From the NCBI GenBank assembly GCA_046757525.1, contig JBHHYI010000002.1, positions 19,314-83,313 on the forward strand: a stretch of DNA of 64,000 nt, written 5' to 3'. Positions 49,321 to 58,859 of the stretch are shown here, one piece after another (positions within the stretch are counted from its first letter, which is position 1; every line of letters starts with the position of its first letter). A model generated the notes under the pieces. The model was not told the origin of the DNA. It did not search any database and saw nothing but the letters and a program-made list of their open reading frames with translations. The translations under genes were made by a program, and so were the position numbers. Source of the DNA: a bacterium (GTDB taxonomy: Bacteria > Zhuqueibacterota > Zhuqueibacteria > Oceanimicrobiales > Oceanimicrobiaceae).

Positions 49321-49339
49321 TTTTTTCTGTGAAAACTAA

Positions 49340-50317
49340 CTATTTGTAGCCATTCAATTTGAATCGGAAGCCACCGGTTATGCCATAAAACTGTCTCGAC
49401 TGGCCGTTGAAATAGTTGTGCAACCGGCCTTTCAAGGTGAAGCCGGCAAACTCACTGGTCGGCATGAAGAATCCGGTGCCGCCAAAAATTCCAAAATTGG
49501 TTGAGGAGAATGTGGTTTCCAGATCATTCGCTGTTACCGTCTTGATCTGCGGTCGATAAAGGCCGCCACCTGTTTCGAAAAAGATGTGGTTGCCAAAGAA
49601 TGCTTGAAAAACCACCAGACCTTGCAGAATCGAGGCGGAAACATCGTTTACGCCGTTGACAGCGCCCCCACCGAGAGCCGTATTGCTCAAGAAAGAATTG
49701 CTGATTTCGATGCCGACATTGATACCATGGCCGGCAGCAACCATGTAGCTGGCCCCAAAACGGAAACTGGATGAAAATGCCTGAGCAAGGCTGCCGGTTG
49801 GTACAATCGTGCCCACGTCTACGCCCAACCAGGGCCGGCGCAGGCTCGTCCTGGCAGAATAAATAGAAATTGGCTCATGGAGTGGGATTTCTGAGCCGTC
49901 AGGGGCAGTGCTTTCCCAGCTAACGAATTGCGCACCGCTGGACTTACGCTGCCTGGGCTGGCGCGTCCCAACTTCAGGACTTGCGCCCACGCTGCCGGAA
50001 CGGCGCACCACTCTTTTTGTACTGGCCGCAGTAAACAGGCGATCGCCCTTCTGAAGGATTGTGTTGCTGCCATTGGTTAGCCGCTTCACGGCCGCCCGGT
50101 TTGCAGTGGAACGAATGACTTTCACTTTGCCGACTTCAACCAACCCGGCGGCTGTCTCTCGCTTGACATAAAGTATTTGACCGACAGCGAAACCTTTGTT
50201 GAGGCCTTTGTTGATGATGCCGTATTGTCCGCTCACCTTGATCACGCGGGCTTCATCGCTGTACAGCTTTGGGCAAAACAAGTTGGCAAAAAACAAGAGA
50301 AGGAATAGCTTCTTCAT
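49340..50317 (-). CDS. Hypothetical exported protein with a C-terminal outer-membrane beta-barrel-like region; start likely ATG 50317
   Basis: SD GGAGGG, signal peptide, alternating beta-strand pattern ending GITGGFRF. Confidence 0.7.
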   Translation of the reverse strand: MKKLFLLLFFANLFCPKLYSDEARVIKVSGQYGIINKGLNKGFAVGQILYVKRETAAGLVEVGKVKVIRSTANRAAVKRLTNGSNTILQKGDRLFTAASTKRVVRRSGSVGASPEVGTRQPRQRKSSGAQFVSWESTAPDGSEIPLHEPISIYSARTSLRRPWLGVDVGTIVPTGSLAQAFSSSFRFGASYMVAAGHGINVGIEISNSFLSNTALGGGAVNGVNDVSASILQGLVVFQAFFGNHIFFETGGGLYRPQIKTVTANDLETTFSSTNFGIFGGTGFFMPTSEFAGFTLKGRLHNYFNGQSRQFYGITGGFRFKLNGYK

Positions 50318-50479
50318 CACACCCTCCAAACGCTCAAATTGTGAATAAACTATCCCTCGTAGAGACGAATCCAACAGGGTGTTGAATTCAAGAAATGAAC
50401 AGTGGAAATATAAACATTACCACTTGCAATGGCAAGTAAAATAATTGTAACGTCGAGTAGTAAATTTTACGTGTCACAC

Positions 50480-50510
50480 AAAAAGGACACGAGCTTGACT
50501 CGTGTCCTTT
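50480..50510 (-). terminator. Intrinsic terminator downstream of the Yip1 gene
   Basis: 12-bp stem aaaggacacgag/ctcgtgtccttt with a U-tract on the minus strand. Confidence 0.7.
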
Positions 50511-50552
50511 CATTAGTCGAACCTCCAAAGAGCAAAAAGACAACTCTGGGTC

Positions 50553-50600
50553 GTGACTAAAAGCGCTGTGCACGTTTTGCCTGCTTTTACATGAAAGAAA
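50553..50600 (+). repeat. 48-bp dispersed palindromic repeat, copy 2
   Basis: 41/48 identical to 47199-47246. Confidence 0.75.
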
Positions 50601-50645
50601 TGCCCTCGCAAACGAGACGTTTGCTTTACGAACGGCAGGCGTTTC

Positions 50646-51236
50646 TTAGAAGTAGCGAGCAGGCCCGCCACCGCCACTCCAGGCAACAGCGCCAGCTACG
50701 GAGCCAATGACCACCATGACGATGAGGCCAATGATTAACGTAACCACGGTGTACACCACGGATTTTTCCTGAGGCGCTTCCATAAGAACTGGAATCCCAA
50801 GATAAAGAATATAGATTCCATAGAGAGAACCCAGGAAAGCTAAGATGGACAAACTTGGGATAATGTTAAACGCACCGGCTACAAATACGGGTGTGAAAGA
50901 ATAGACTGTCAGTTTGAAAGCGTTGCGGTCGTTTTTGACCGCGTTAAAGCTGGGAGCCAGAGCATTGATTATTTTTCCGACAATGAGGACAGCGATTAAA
51001 CTGAGAACATAAGTCAAGATAGAGTAAACCAGCGTGCGTCCGATGTTTTGCCTACCGATAAATGGCAACCCCACCAGGGCATACCCGATAAACTGGCCCA
51101 CGGCGGGGACTGCTGCCACAATAGCGACATACTCTTTCATGGTTCCTGCAATACTCAAGTCTTCTGTCTTAACCTCGGTTAACGCCTCTTTTGGTGACAG
51201 AAGAATTGACTTGACCCTCGCAATCACTTTTTCCAT
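50646..51236 (-). CDS. Yip1-family membrane protein
   Basis: RVKSILLSPKE, INALAPSF, AFKL.VYS.TP, LYGIYILYLGIPVLM. Confidence 0.88.
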   Translation of the reverse strand: MEKVIARVKSILLSPKEALTEVKTEDLSIAGTMKEYVAIVAAVPAVGQFIGYALVGLPFIGRQNIGRTLVYSILTYVLSLIAVLIVGKIINALAPSFNAVKNDRNAFKLTVYSFTPVFVAGAFNIIPSLSILAFLGSLYGIYILYLGIPVLMEAPQEKSVVYTVVTLIIGLIVMVVIGSVAGAVAWSGGGGPARYF

Positions 51237-51364
51237 TTCCCACTCCTTTCCAAATGGTTTTTTAATGGGTACCTCTGTTACAATGGTTTTGTTACTGTTC
51301 TACAAAACTCCAGAAAATCTTTTTCCATACCGTGATTCAGCTTCCAAATTCAGGTTCAAATCTG

Positions 51365-54300
51365 TTAGCCATCCATCCAGACGTTTTCTCGACCTAATAT
51401 GTTTCGTAGCTGGTGAATGACTTCGGGATTGGGTTTTACACTCAACTTATTGGCTCTGATGATTCTTTCATTTTCGTGGGGTACTTTCAAATTGATGAAG
51501 ATATGACAATCGCCTGGATTTTGTTTCAAAATATCGGTGACCTGGTTGAGCGTGGGGTCGTCCAGACCTAAAGTGTCCAGAGTTAGATACAGTTTCTTGG
51601 CGTAGCGGCTCCACACTTCGTCGAGCGCCACGATCTCGTCACACAGAATTTTCGTTTCCTCATCTTCCCGGCAGGAGGTCCGACCCGAAACGACAATCAT
51701 GGCATCCGGATGAATGAGTTCCTGGAAATTGGCAAAAGATTTTGAAAAAACGATCACCTCTGCCGTGCCGGTGAAGTCTTCCAAAGTCAAGAAGGCCATA
51801 TTTTTTTTGTTGCGATCGACGATGGTTTTGCATTCAGTCACAATGCCACAGACTTTGACGGCACGGCCATCGCCCAACGTACTCAACGATTCCAAAGAAG
51901 TAGTGGCGAAGGTTCTGACCTCCTGATCATATTTCTGCAACGGGTGGCCGGACACGTAAAAGCCAAGCAGCTCTTTTTCGCGGGCAAGAATCTCGGTGTT
52001 GTTCCACTGGGAAACCATCGGCAGCGGTGGATACTGCACCCCACTGGTGTCGTCAAATTCATCGAATATACTCGTTTGTTTCTTAAATTTGTTGGCGTGG
52101 CTGGTCTGAGCGAAACTGAGGGCCATCTCAACCGCGGCGAGCAGTTGGGCACGATGGCCTTCCAGGGAATCCATCGCACCCGCCTGAATGAGACTCTCCA
52201 GGACTTTCTTGTTCACCAGGCGTTGGTCCACCCGTTCACAAAACCCAAAAATGTTGCGAAAAGGACCTTCGGCGATTCTTGCCGCAATGATAGACTCCAC
52301 AGCACCTTTGCCCACATTTTTCACTGCTCCCAGACCGAATCGAATGCCTTCATCGGTGACCACAAAATCGGTGAAGCTCTCATTAACATCCGGGGACAGG
52401 ACACGGATTCCCATGCGCCGGCACTCATCTAACAAAATCACCACCCGGTTGGTGCTGCCCATTTCACTGGACAAAGAGGCCGCCATGAACTCCGCTGGAA
52501 AGTGCCGTTTTAAGTAAGCGGTTTGGAAGGCGATCAAAGCGTAACACGTAGAATGGGGCTTGACGAAACCGTAACCGGCAAATTTATCCATCATGCTGAA
52601 TATTTCGCTGGCAATTTTCTCTGGGATTCCGTTTTGCTGACACCCCTCGAGAAACAATGCACGCTGCTCGGCCATCAGCGCCTGATTTTTTTTGCCCATC
52701 GCGCGGCGCAACAAATCGGCTTTGCCCATGCTGAAGCCCGCAAGCACGCTGGCGATGCGCATAACCTGTTCCTGGTAGACGATGATTCCGTAAGTTTCTT
52801 TGAGGATGGGTTCCAGCGCAGGATGCAAGTACTCGATTTTTTTCTGACCGTGTTTCCTTTGAATAAAATCGTCTATCCAGGCCATGGGGCCCGGGCGATA
52901 CAGGGCATTCATGGCAATCAGGTCTTCAAATGCCTGTGGTTTCAGCTTGCGGAGATACTCTCGCATCCCCGCACTTTCAAACTGGAAAATACCAACCGTC
53001 TCGCCATTCGCAAAAACTTCAAACGTCTCCGGATCATCCAGAGGTATTTGGTTGATGTCGACTTTTATGCCGCGCTTTTCCACCGCCTTCACGCATTTGT
53101 CGATGACCGTAAGCGTGCGCAAACCCAGGAAATCCATTTTGAGAACCCCAATCCCCTCCAGACATTTCATATCGTACTGCGTGGTAACATCCCCCTGGGA
53201 CGATTTGTACAAAGGCGTGTAGTTCGTCAATTCGTCAGGCGTGATGACAACGCCTGCGGCGTGAGTGGAAGCATGGCGGGCCAGGCCTTCCAGCACCCTT
53301 GAGTATTCGATGAGTTGCCGGTAAGCCGGGTCCTGGCCGGAAAGTTTGTTCAAATCTGGTACCTGCTCCATGGCACGCGACAGGGTCATGTTCGGAGTTG
53401 GGGGAATCATCTTGGCGATCCGGTCCACATCACCGTAGCGAATCTTCAGCACGCGGCCCACATCCCGAATCACGGCGCGCGCTGCCATGGTACCGTAGGT
53501 GATGATCTGGGTGACATTCTTTTCGCCATACTTTTGCTTGACGTACTCAATGATTTCCTCGCGCCGTTCAAAACAAAAATCGATGTCGATGTCCGGCATG
53601 GTTACCCGTTCGGGGTTCAAAAACCGCTCAAAGATCAGATTGTACTTCAGCGGATTGATGCTGGTGATCCCCAGGCAATACGAAACCAGGCTGCCCGCCG
53701 CGGAGCCTCGACCCGGGCCCACGGGAATCCCCTTGCGCCTGGCGTACTGAATGAAATCCATGACGATGAGGAAATAGCCGGCATAACCCATTTTATTTAT
53801 GATAGCTAACTCATGTTGCAACCGTTCCTCCACCTCGGGGGAAATCACCTCAAACAGCGACCTGGCACCCTGATAGGTTAACTTTTCCAGAAACTCCTCA
53901 AGCGTTTCGGCGTCAGTGTCGGCTGGGATCTCAAACCTGGGCAAGTGAGTCCGTTCAAAATCCAATTCCAGATTGCATTTGTCGGCTATTTCGGCGGTGG
54001 TGCTGAGAGCCTCCGCATGCTCGACAAAGGCTTGTCGCATTTCTTCCTCCGACTTGAAATAGATTTGATCGGTGGAATAGCGCAAGCGATTGGGATCATC
54101 GCGATCCTTGCCGGTTTGGATGCAGATCAACACATCGTGCGGCAAGCAATGATCTTGTTTCAAATAATGAATATCATTGGTGGCCACGATGGGAATGTTC
54201 AACTCTTGTCCCAGCTCTTTTACCCCAGCTCTTGCGCGATCTTCATCGCGAATGCCATGATTTTGAATCTCTAAATAGAAATCGTCCCCGAATATTTCAC

Positions 54301-54793
54301 GATATTCTAAGGCAGATTCCTTGGCCTCCTGAAAACCCTTCTTCAGCAATTGGCTGGCCACTTCGCCTTTGAGGCAGGCAGAGAGCGCAATCAAGCCTTC
54401 GTGGTACTTGGCCAGCACTTCTTTGTCCACTCGTGGCCGGTAATAAAACCCCTCCAGGTAGCCAATAGAAACCAGGCGCATCAAATTTCGGTAGCCTTCC
54501 AAATTCTTCGCCAGCAGCACCAGATGATAAGACGTGTCTGAAATCCCCCTGGAAGACTTACGCTCTTTCCGGCTGCCGGGCGCCACATAGGCCTCCACTC
54601 CGATGATGGGCTTGATCCCGGCTTTTTTCGCCTTCTTGAAGAATTCAATGGCGCCAAACATGTTGCCGTGATCGGTGAGCGCCAGTGCGGGCATGCCGTT
54701 TTCCACGGCCGCCGCAACCAGATCGTCAACCTTACAGGCCCCATCCAGCAAACTGTAATGAGAGTGATTGTGCAAATGGATGAATTGGGACAT
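51365..54793 (-). CDS. dnaE: DNA polymerase III alpha subunit
   Basis: HLHNHSHYSLLDGA PHP domain, GPGRGSAAGS, FERFLNPER..MPDIDIDF, KMDFLGL, C-terminal OB fold. Confidence 0.98.
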   Translation of the reverse strand: MSQFIHLHNHSHYSLLDGACKVDDLVAAAVENGMPALALTDHGNMFGAIEFFKKAKKAGIKPIIGVEAYVAPGSRKERKSSRGISDTSYHLVLLAKNLEGYRNLMRLVSIGYLEGFYYRPRVDKEVLAKYHEGLIALSACLKGEVASQLLKKGFQEAKESALEYREIFGDDFYLEIQNHGIRDEDRARAGVKELGQELNIPIVATNDIHYLKQDHCLPHDVLICIQTGKDRDDPNRLRYSTDQIYFKSEEEMRQAFVEHAEALSTTAEIADKCNLELDFERTHLPRFEIPADTDAETLEEFLEKLTYQGARSLFEVISPEVEERLQHELAIINKMGYAGYFLIVMDFIQYARRKGIPVGPGRGSAAGSLVSYCLGITSINPLKYNLIFERFLNPERVTMPDIDIDFCFERREEIIEYVKQKYGEKNVTQIITYGTMAARAVIRDVGRVLKIRYGDVDRIAKMIPPTPNMTLSRAMEQVPDLNKLSGQDPAYRQLIEYSRVLEGLARHASTHAAGVVITPDELTNYTPLYKSSQGDVTTQYDMKCLEGIGVLKMDFLGLRTLTVIDKCVKAVEKRGIKVDINQIPLDDPETFEVFANGETVGIFQFESAGMREYLRKLKPQAFEDLIAMNALYRPGPMAWIDDFIQRKHGQKKIEYLHPALEPILKETYGIIVYQEQVMRIASVLAGFSMGKADLLRRAMGKKNQALMAEQRALFLEGCQQNGIPEKIASEIFSMMDKFAGYGFVKPHSTCYALIAFQTAYLKRHFPAEFMAASLSSEMGSTNRVVILLDECRRMGIRVLSPDVNESFTDFVVTDEGIRFGLGAVKNVGKGAVESIIAARIAEGPFRNIFGFCERVDQRLVNKKVLESLIQAGAMDSLEGHRAQLLAAVEMALSFAQTSHANKFKKQTSIFDEFDDTSGVQYPPLPMVSQWNNTEILAREKELLGFYVSGHPLQKYDQEVRTFATTSLESLSTLGDGRAVKVCGIVTECKTIVDRNKKNMAFLTLEDFTGTAEVIVFSKSFANFQELIHPDAMIVVSGRTSCREDEETKILCDEIVALDEVWSRYAKKLYLTLDTLGLDDPTLNQVTDILKQNPGDCHIFINLKVPHENERIIRANKLSVKPNPEVIHQLRNILGRENVWMDG

Positions 54794-54922
54794 GAAAGAT
54801 TTGGTCTAAATGGTTTTAGATGCTAATCTCGATTATGCACGTCCCAAATGCCGTCGAGATTGGAAAATTCTACTTGAACGCCATAATCGTAATAAGGCAA
54901 TTACGAAACTGTAAAACTACCG

Positions 54923-55816
54923 CTAAATGTTGAGGTCGGTCAAACGACTTTCGGCCCGGTTTACATATTCACTTTTGTTAAAGAAGTCCAAAAGATTGGT
55001 CAGCTCAAACTGAGCCAATTGCGATTCTCCTATTTTAAGGTAAGCCATGCCGATCATAAATTGGGCATCGTCTTCCTTATTGTTCTTGTCAAAAGCAAAC
55101 ACTTTTTCAAATTCGGTGATGGCCAATTGGTATTTGCCCATAGAATAATAGCACTGACCAATCCAGTATTGGCAATTGTCCGAAAGGTCATCGTTGGTGC
55201 TTTCCTGCAGAAGGGTATGAAATTTTTCAATCGCCTGAGAAAAGTTCTTGCTGTATACATCGTCCAAGGCATCTTGATAGGACAAAGCATAAGGAGAGTC
55301 CCCGTATTCATAAGCAGGGAGCCCCACACCGTCGCCTGTGCTGGCGAGCAAAGAACTTGACCGCAAGGTGTTGTCGGGTTTAGTGGTTAAATCGTTTAAC
55401 GCCACAAATTCGTGGTCCACTTCTTCCATTTCTAATCTAAGACTGTCGATAATCACGTCTTTGTGCGAAGACAATGTCTGGAGTTCCGCAATTTCCGATT
55501 CCAGATCCATGAACAGTGAGTCGGTCAAGAAATCTTTTTCACTTGCAATGTTTTCACCGCCAGCCGGCTCAATTCCCAGGGCTTGCAAAATCTCATTTCG
55601 CTGATCAGACTCGAGTTCCGTTGAACTCTCATCCAAGGATGCCAATTGTCGCATAAGGTCCGATTTGTACTCACTGTCGTAATCACTATCCGGCGCTGTG
55701 TAGTCTTCCCCTGTTTCCAGTTCAGGCATGTGTCCACTGCAGACCATGAATAACCCCCAAATCACTAAAACGAATGTTAATAGTGACGTGCCTATGATTT
55801 TTCTTAGATCTGACAT
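54923..55816 (-). CDS. Acidic exported protein with C-terminal CpoB/YbgF-like TPR domain
   Basis: LSDNCQYWIGQCYY, AITEFEKV, NKEDDAQFMIG. Confidence 0.75.
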   Translation of the reverse strand: MSDLRKIIGTSLLTFVLVIWGLFMVCSGHMPELETGEDYTAPDSDYDSEYKSDLMRQLASLDESSTELESDQRNEILQALGIEPAGGENIASEKDFLTDSLFMDLESEIAELQTLSSHKDVIIDSLRLEMEEVDHEFVALNDLTTKPDNTLRSSSLLASTGDGVGLPAYEYGDSPYALSYQDALDDVYSKNFSQAIEKFHTLLQESTNDDLSDNCQYWIGQCYYSMGKYQLAITEFEKVFAFDKNNKEDDAQFMIGMAYLKIGESQLAQFELTNLLDFFNKSEYVNRAESRLTDLNI

Positions 55817-55881
55817 GGTGCTTACTCCTTAAGTTGTACTGCATAAACCGAAGATCACTAACCTCTGCATTTCATCACAAT

Positions 55882-55900
55882 TATGCCAAAATATATACCA
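55882..55900 (-). promoter_or_regulatory. Candidate sigma-54-type promoter
   Basis: TGGTATATATTTTGGCATA on the minus strand, 17/19 identical to 7592-7610. Confidence 0.45.
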
Positions 55901-55957
55901 GCAATGTTATTTTTTGCGGCCTGAAAAAATCTTAAATTTCTTAAACTTATTGTGACT

Positions 55958-57664
55958 TCAAAATAGCGTGTCCTCCAGCAATTCCTTTGCGCTCTGGAGA
56001 TGCGTATCTGATATGGTTTCTCCGGCCATCAGTCTGGCGATGGCCTCGGTTCGTTCTTCTGGATCTAACTGCCGGATTCTCGACTCGGTCCTGCCCCTGT
56101 TCTGACTCTTCTCAACAAGGTAATGATTGTCCCCCATGCTGGCAATCTGAGGCAAATGGGTAATACAAATGACCTGATGGAATTTCGAGAGCTCTTTGAG
56201 TTTTCTTCCCACGGCCTGGGCGATTCTCCCCGAAACGCCTATGTCGATTTCATCAAACACCAAGACCGGGATTTGGTCCTGTTCGGCGGCAACCGATTTG
56301 AGCGCGAGCATGATCCGGGAAATCTCACCACCAGATACGACCTTTGCTAAAGGCTTTAACGGCTCACCAACATTGGTTGAAATAAAAAATTCAGCAAAAT
56401 CCATGCCACGCGCAGTGGCGCGGTAACACGTTCCGTCCACATCCGCCAGACCATTGGAGTCTGTGATGTGCCTGAACTCTACTTTAAAGCTTGATCCTGA
56501 AATCCCCAACATGGATAGGATTTCAGGAACCAAAGCCTCGATCTGTTTTGCAACTTTTCTACGTTTTGCGCTTAATTCCAGACACCCTTGGGAAAACCGT
56601 GTTCTTGCCAAAGAGATTTGGTCTTGTATCGCCTCCATTCGATCACTCAGGCTTTCAAAGTTCGCTAATTCATTTTGGATTTTGTTGCGATAGTGCGATA
56701 CTTCTTCAAGCGTCCCCCCATATTTCTTTTTAAGGTTGGCAAAACTGGAAAGCCTGCTCTGAATCTCCTCCAAGCGATTGGAATTAAACTCGATATTTGA
56801 GTTGTAATTTTGAATGAACTTGGCCAGTTCTTCAACGGCAATCCTTGCGGAATCGCAATCTTTTTCCAATAGCTTGAAACGATCGTCGATGGTGCCCAAC
56901 TCATCCAGGCCACCCTTGACGCGATTGAGCTGGTCAAAAATAGAAGCGGCATCTTCATATAAAACATGGTAGATGTCACTGGTGAGATTAAATAGCTTTT
57001 CGCTGTTTTTGAGGATCGTTTCTTCTCGGACTAATTCTTCTTCCTCCTCTGGCCTGGGGTTTATTTTGTTGATTTCGTTAATCTGAAATGTATAGAATTC
57101 CTTCTTTTCGCGCAAGGAGTTTTCTTGACTTTTGAGCTGTTCCTGCTCTTCCGTTAGCCGCACCAGTTTTTGGTGGGCATCCGACAGATCCTGCAATTCA
57201 GGCCCTAACTTGCCATATTCATCCAGAAAATTGAGATGACTCTCCAATCGCAGCAGCGACTGATGGTCGTGCTGGCCGTGCATATCAACCAACAGGTCGC
57301 TTACCTGTTGCAGGAGCGCCAAAGGAACTGGTGAATCATTAATGAATGCCCGACTTCGGCTGTTGTCATAAATCTCTCTGCGCAAGATCATCTGGTCATC
57401 TGTCTCATACAGCTCGTTCTGTTCCAACAATGAACGCAGCGTCGTGTTGTCCCCGAGGGAAAACCTACCCTCAATCATGGCCTTGGAAGTACCTGAACGA
57501 ATCGCTGTGGTGTCTACGCGGTCCCCGAGGATGGTGCCTAATGCATTCAAAATAATAGATTTTCCTGCACCCGTTTCTCCCGTGATTATGTTGAGTCCTG
57601 CCCCAAACTCCACTTCAAAGTCAACCAACAGGGCGTAGTTTTTTATGCTCAGGGACTTTAGCAT
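55958..57664 (-). CDS. recN: DNA repair protein RecN
   Basis: TGETGAGKS, HGQHDHQ, SGGEISRIMLA, VFDEIDIGVSG, ITHLPQIA. Confidence 0.97.
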   Translation of the reverse strand: MLKSLSIKNYALLVDFEVEFGAGLNIITGETGAGKSIILNALGTILGDRVDTTAIRSGTSKAMIEGRFSLGDNTTLRSLLEQNELYETDDQMILRREIYDNSRSRAFINDSPVPLALLQQVSDLLVDMHGQHDHQSLLRLESHLNFLDEYGKLGPELQDLSDAHQKLVRLTEEQEQLKSQENSLREKKEFYTFQINEINKINPRPEEEEELVREETILKNSEKLFNLTSDIYHVLYEDAASIFDQLNRVKGGLDELGTIDDRFKLLEKDCDSARIAVEELAKFIQNYNSNIEFNSNRLEEIQSRLSSFANLKKKYGGTLEEVSHYRNKIQNELANFESLSDRMEAIQDQISLARTRFSQGCLELSAKRRKVAKQIEALVPEILSMLGISGSSFKVEFRHITDSNGLADVDGTCYRATARGMDFAEFFISTNVGEPLKPLAKVVSGGEISRIMLALKSVAAEQDQIPVLVFDEIDIGVSGRIAQAVGRKLKELSKFHQVICITHLPQIASMGDNHYLVEKSQNRGRTESRIRQLDPEERTEAIARLMAGETISDTHLQSAKELLEDTLF

Positions 57665-57679
57665 TGCATTGAAAAGCTC

Positions 57680-58825
57680 TCACTTCTGTGGTCGCTGTTG
57701 CACATATTGGATCAGTTTTTGCCCAATGAAAGTGTTGTCCATGATCCCGCCAAACACATCGGAACCCGGGCCTGTTGCGAACACGGGAACCATAACGGCG
57801 GTATGACTACCGGTGGCAAATCCGATCTTTACTTTATTGTTAGCTAACGAACCGCCAATGATGGCGCAACCTCCAGTTTCGTGGTCGGCAGTCACCAGGA
57901 TTAGCGTCTGCGCATGTTTCTGCGCAAATTCCAACCCAACCGCAATGGCCTGGTTAAACTCGAGGGTTTCATCGATCATGCCGGGAGCATCGTTGCTGTG
58001 GGCTTTCCAGTCAATTTGACTGCCTTCAACCATTAAGAAAAAGCCTGCCTTGTTGTTCTGCAAAATGGCCAGACCTTTCCGGGTCATCTCAGGCAGGGTG
58101 GGTTTTCTTTCCGGAATGTCCGGCATGCCTGCGTCGCTAAACAAACCTAACAAGCGCCCGGTCTTCTTCGGATCCACTTGCTGCAATTCGTCTTCAGAGG
58201 AAACGAATTTGTAACCCTTGTATTTAAACTTCTCAATCAGATTCAAATCATCTTCTCTGGCACTCGTCGAATCCGACTTCGGCAAAAAGAACTGTTCGCC
58301 ACCGCCCAGCAACACCTCGATGTCCTTGGCAGCCAATTGTCGTGCTATTTCGTTTTCATAGCTGCGCCATAGCACATGTGCCGCAAAGCAGGCTGGAGTG
58401 GCGTGGGTTATGGAACTGGTAACGATGAGACCGGTAGACAAGCCGTTCTCCTCTGCCCACTCCAACACGGTTTTCAAGGTATCTAATTTTGCGTGGTCGC
58501 CATCGGTTGCTGCATACCGGACAGAGATTTGGGCATTGGTGGTTTTGTAACCGGTAGCCAAAGCCGTGGCAGCGGCCGCCGAATCCGTGATCAGGGCATC
58601 ATTGGCAGCAAACGTCGTCACCAGACCGACATGAGGAAATCTCTCCACGATCAGGCTGCCCTTGACGATTTTTGCCGCGGTGATGGTACTCAATCCCATG
58701 CCGTCGCCGATGAACAAAATGATGTTTTTCGGAGGAGATTCCCCACGAACACCGGACAAATTGCACACGAGAAGAAGCAGAACCATCCCCAGGGGAAACA
58801 TTCTTAACCAAAATTTGTTTTTCAT
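57680..58825 (-). CDS. Alkaline phosphatase (PhoA family)
   Basis: FIGDGMG, TDSAAAATA, THATPA, MVEGSQIDW.AH, TADHETGG. Confidence 0.93.
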   Translation of the reverse strand: MKNKFWLRMFPLGMVLLLLVCNLSGVRGESPPKNIILFIGDGMGLSTITAAKIVKGSLIVERFPHVGLVTTFAANDALITDSAAAATALATGYKTTNAQISVRYAATDGDHAKLDTLKTVLEWAEENGLSTGLIVTSSITHATPACFAAHVLWRSYENEIARQLAAKDIEVLLGGGEQFFLPKSDSTSAREDDLNLIEKFKYKGYKFVSSEDELQQVDPKKTGRLLGLFSDAGMPDIPERKPTLPEMTRKGLAILQNNKAGFFLMVEGSQIDWKAHSNDAPGMIDETLEFNQAIAVGLEFAQKHAQTLILVTADHETGGCAIIGGSLANNKVKIGFATGSHTAVMVPVFATGPGSDVFGGIMDNTFIGQKLIQYVQQRPQK

Positions 58826-58859
58826 TTCTGCTCGCTTTTCTGATGATTCGTACGCTTCG

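Noticed and set aside
51365..54793. Intein in dnaE
   Set aside because: 1142 aa is a normal length and no intein splice motifs were seen
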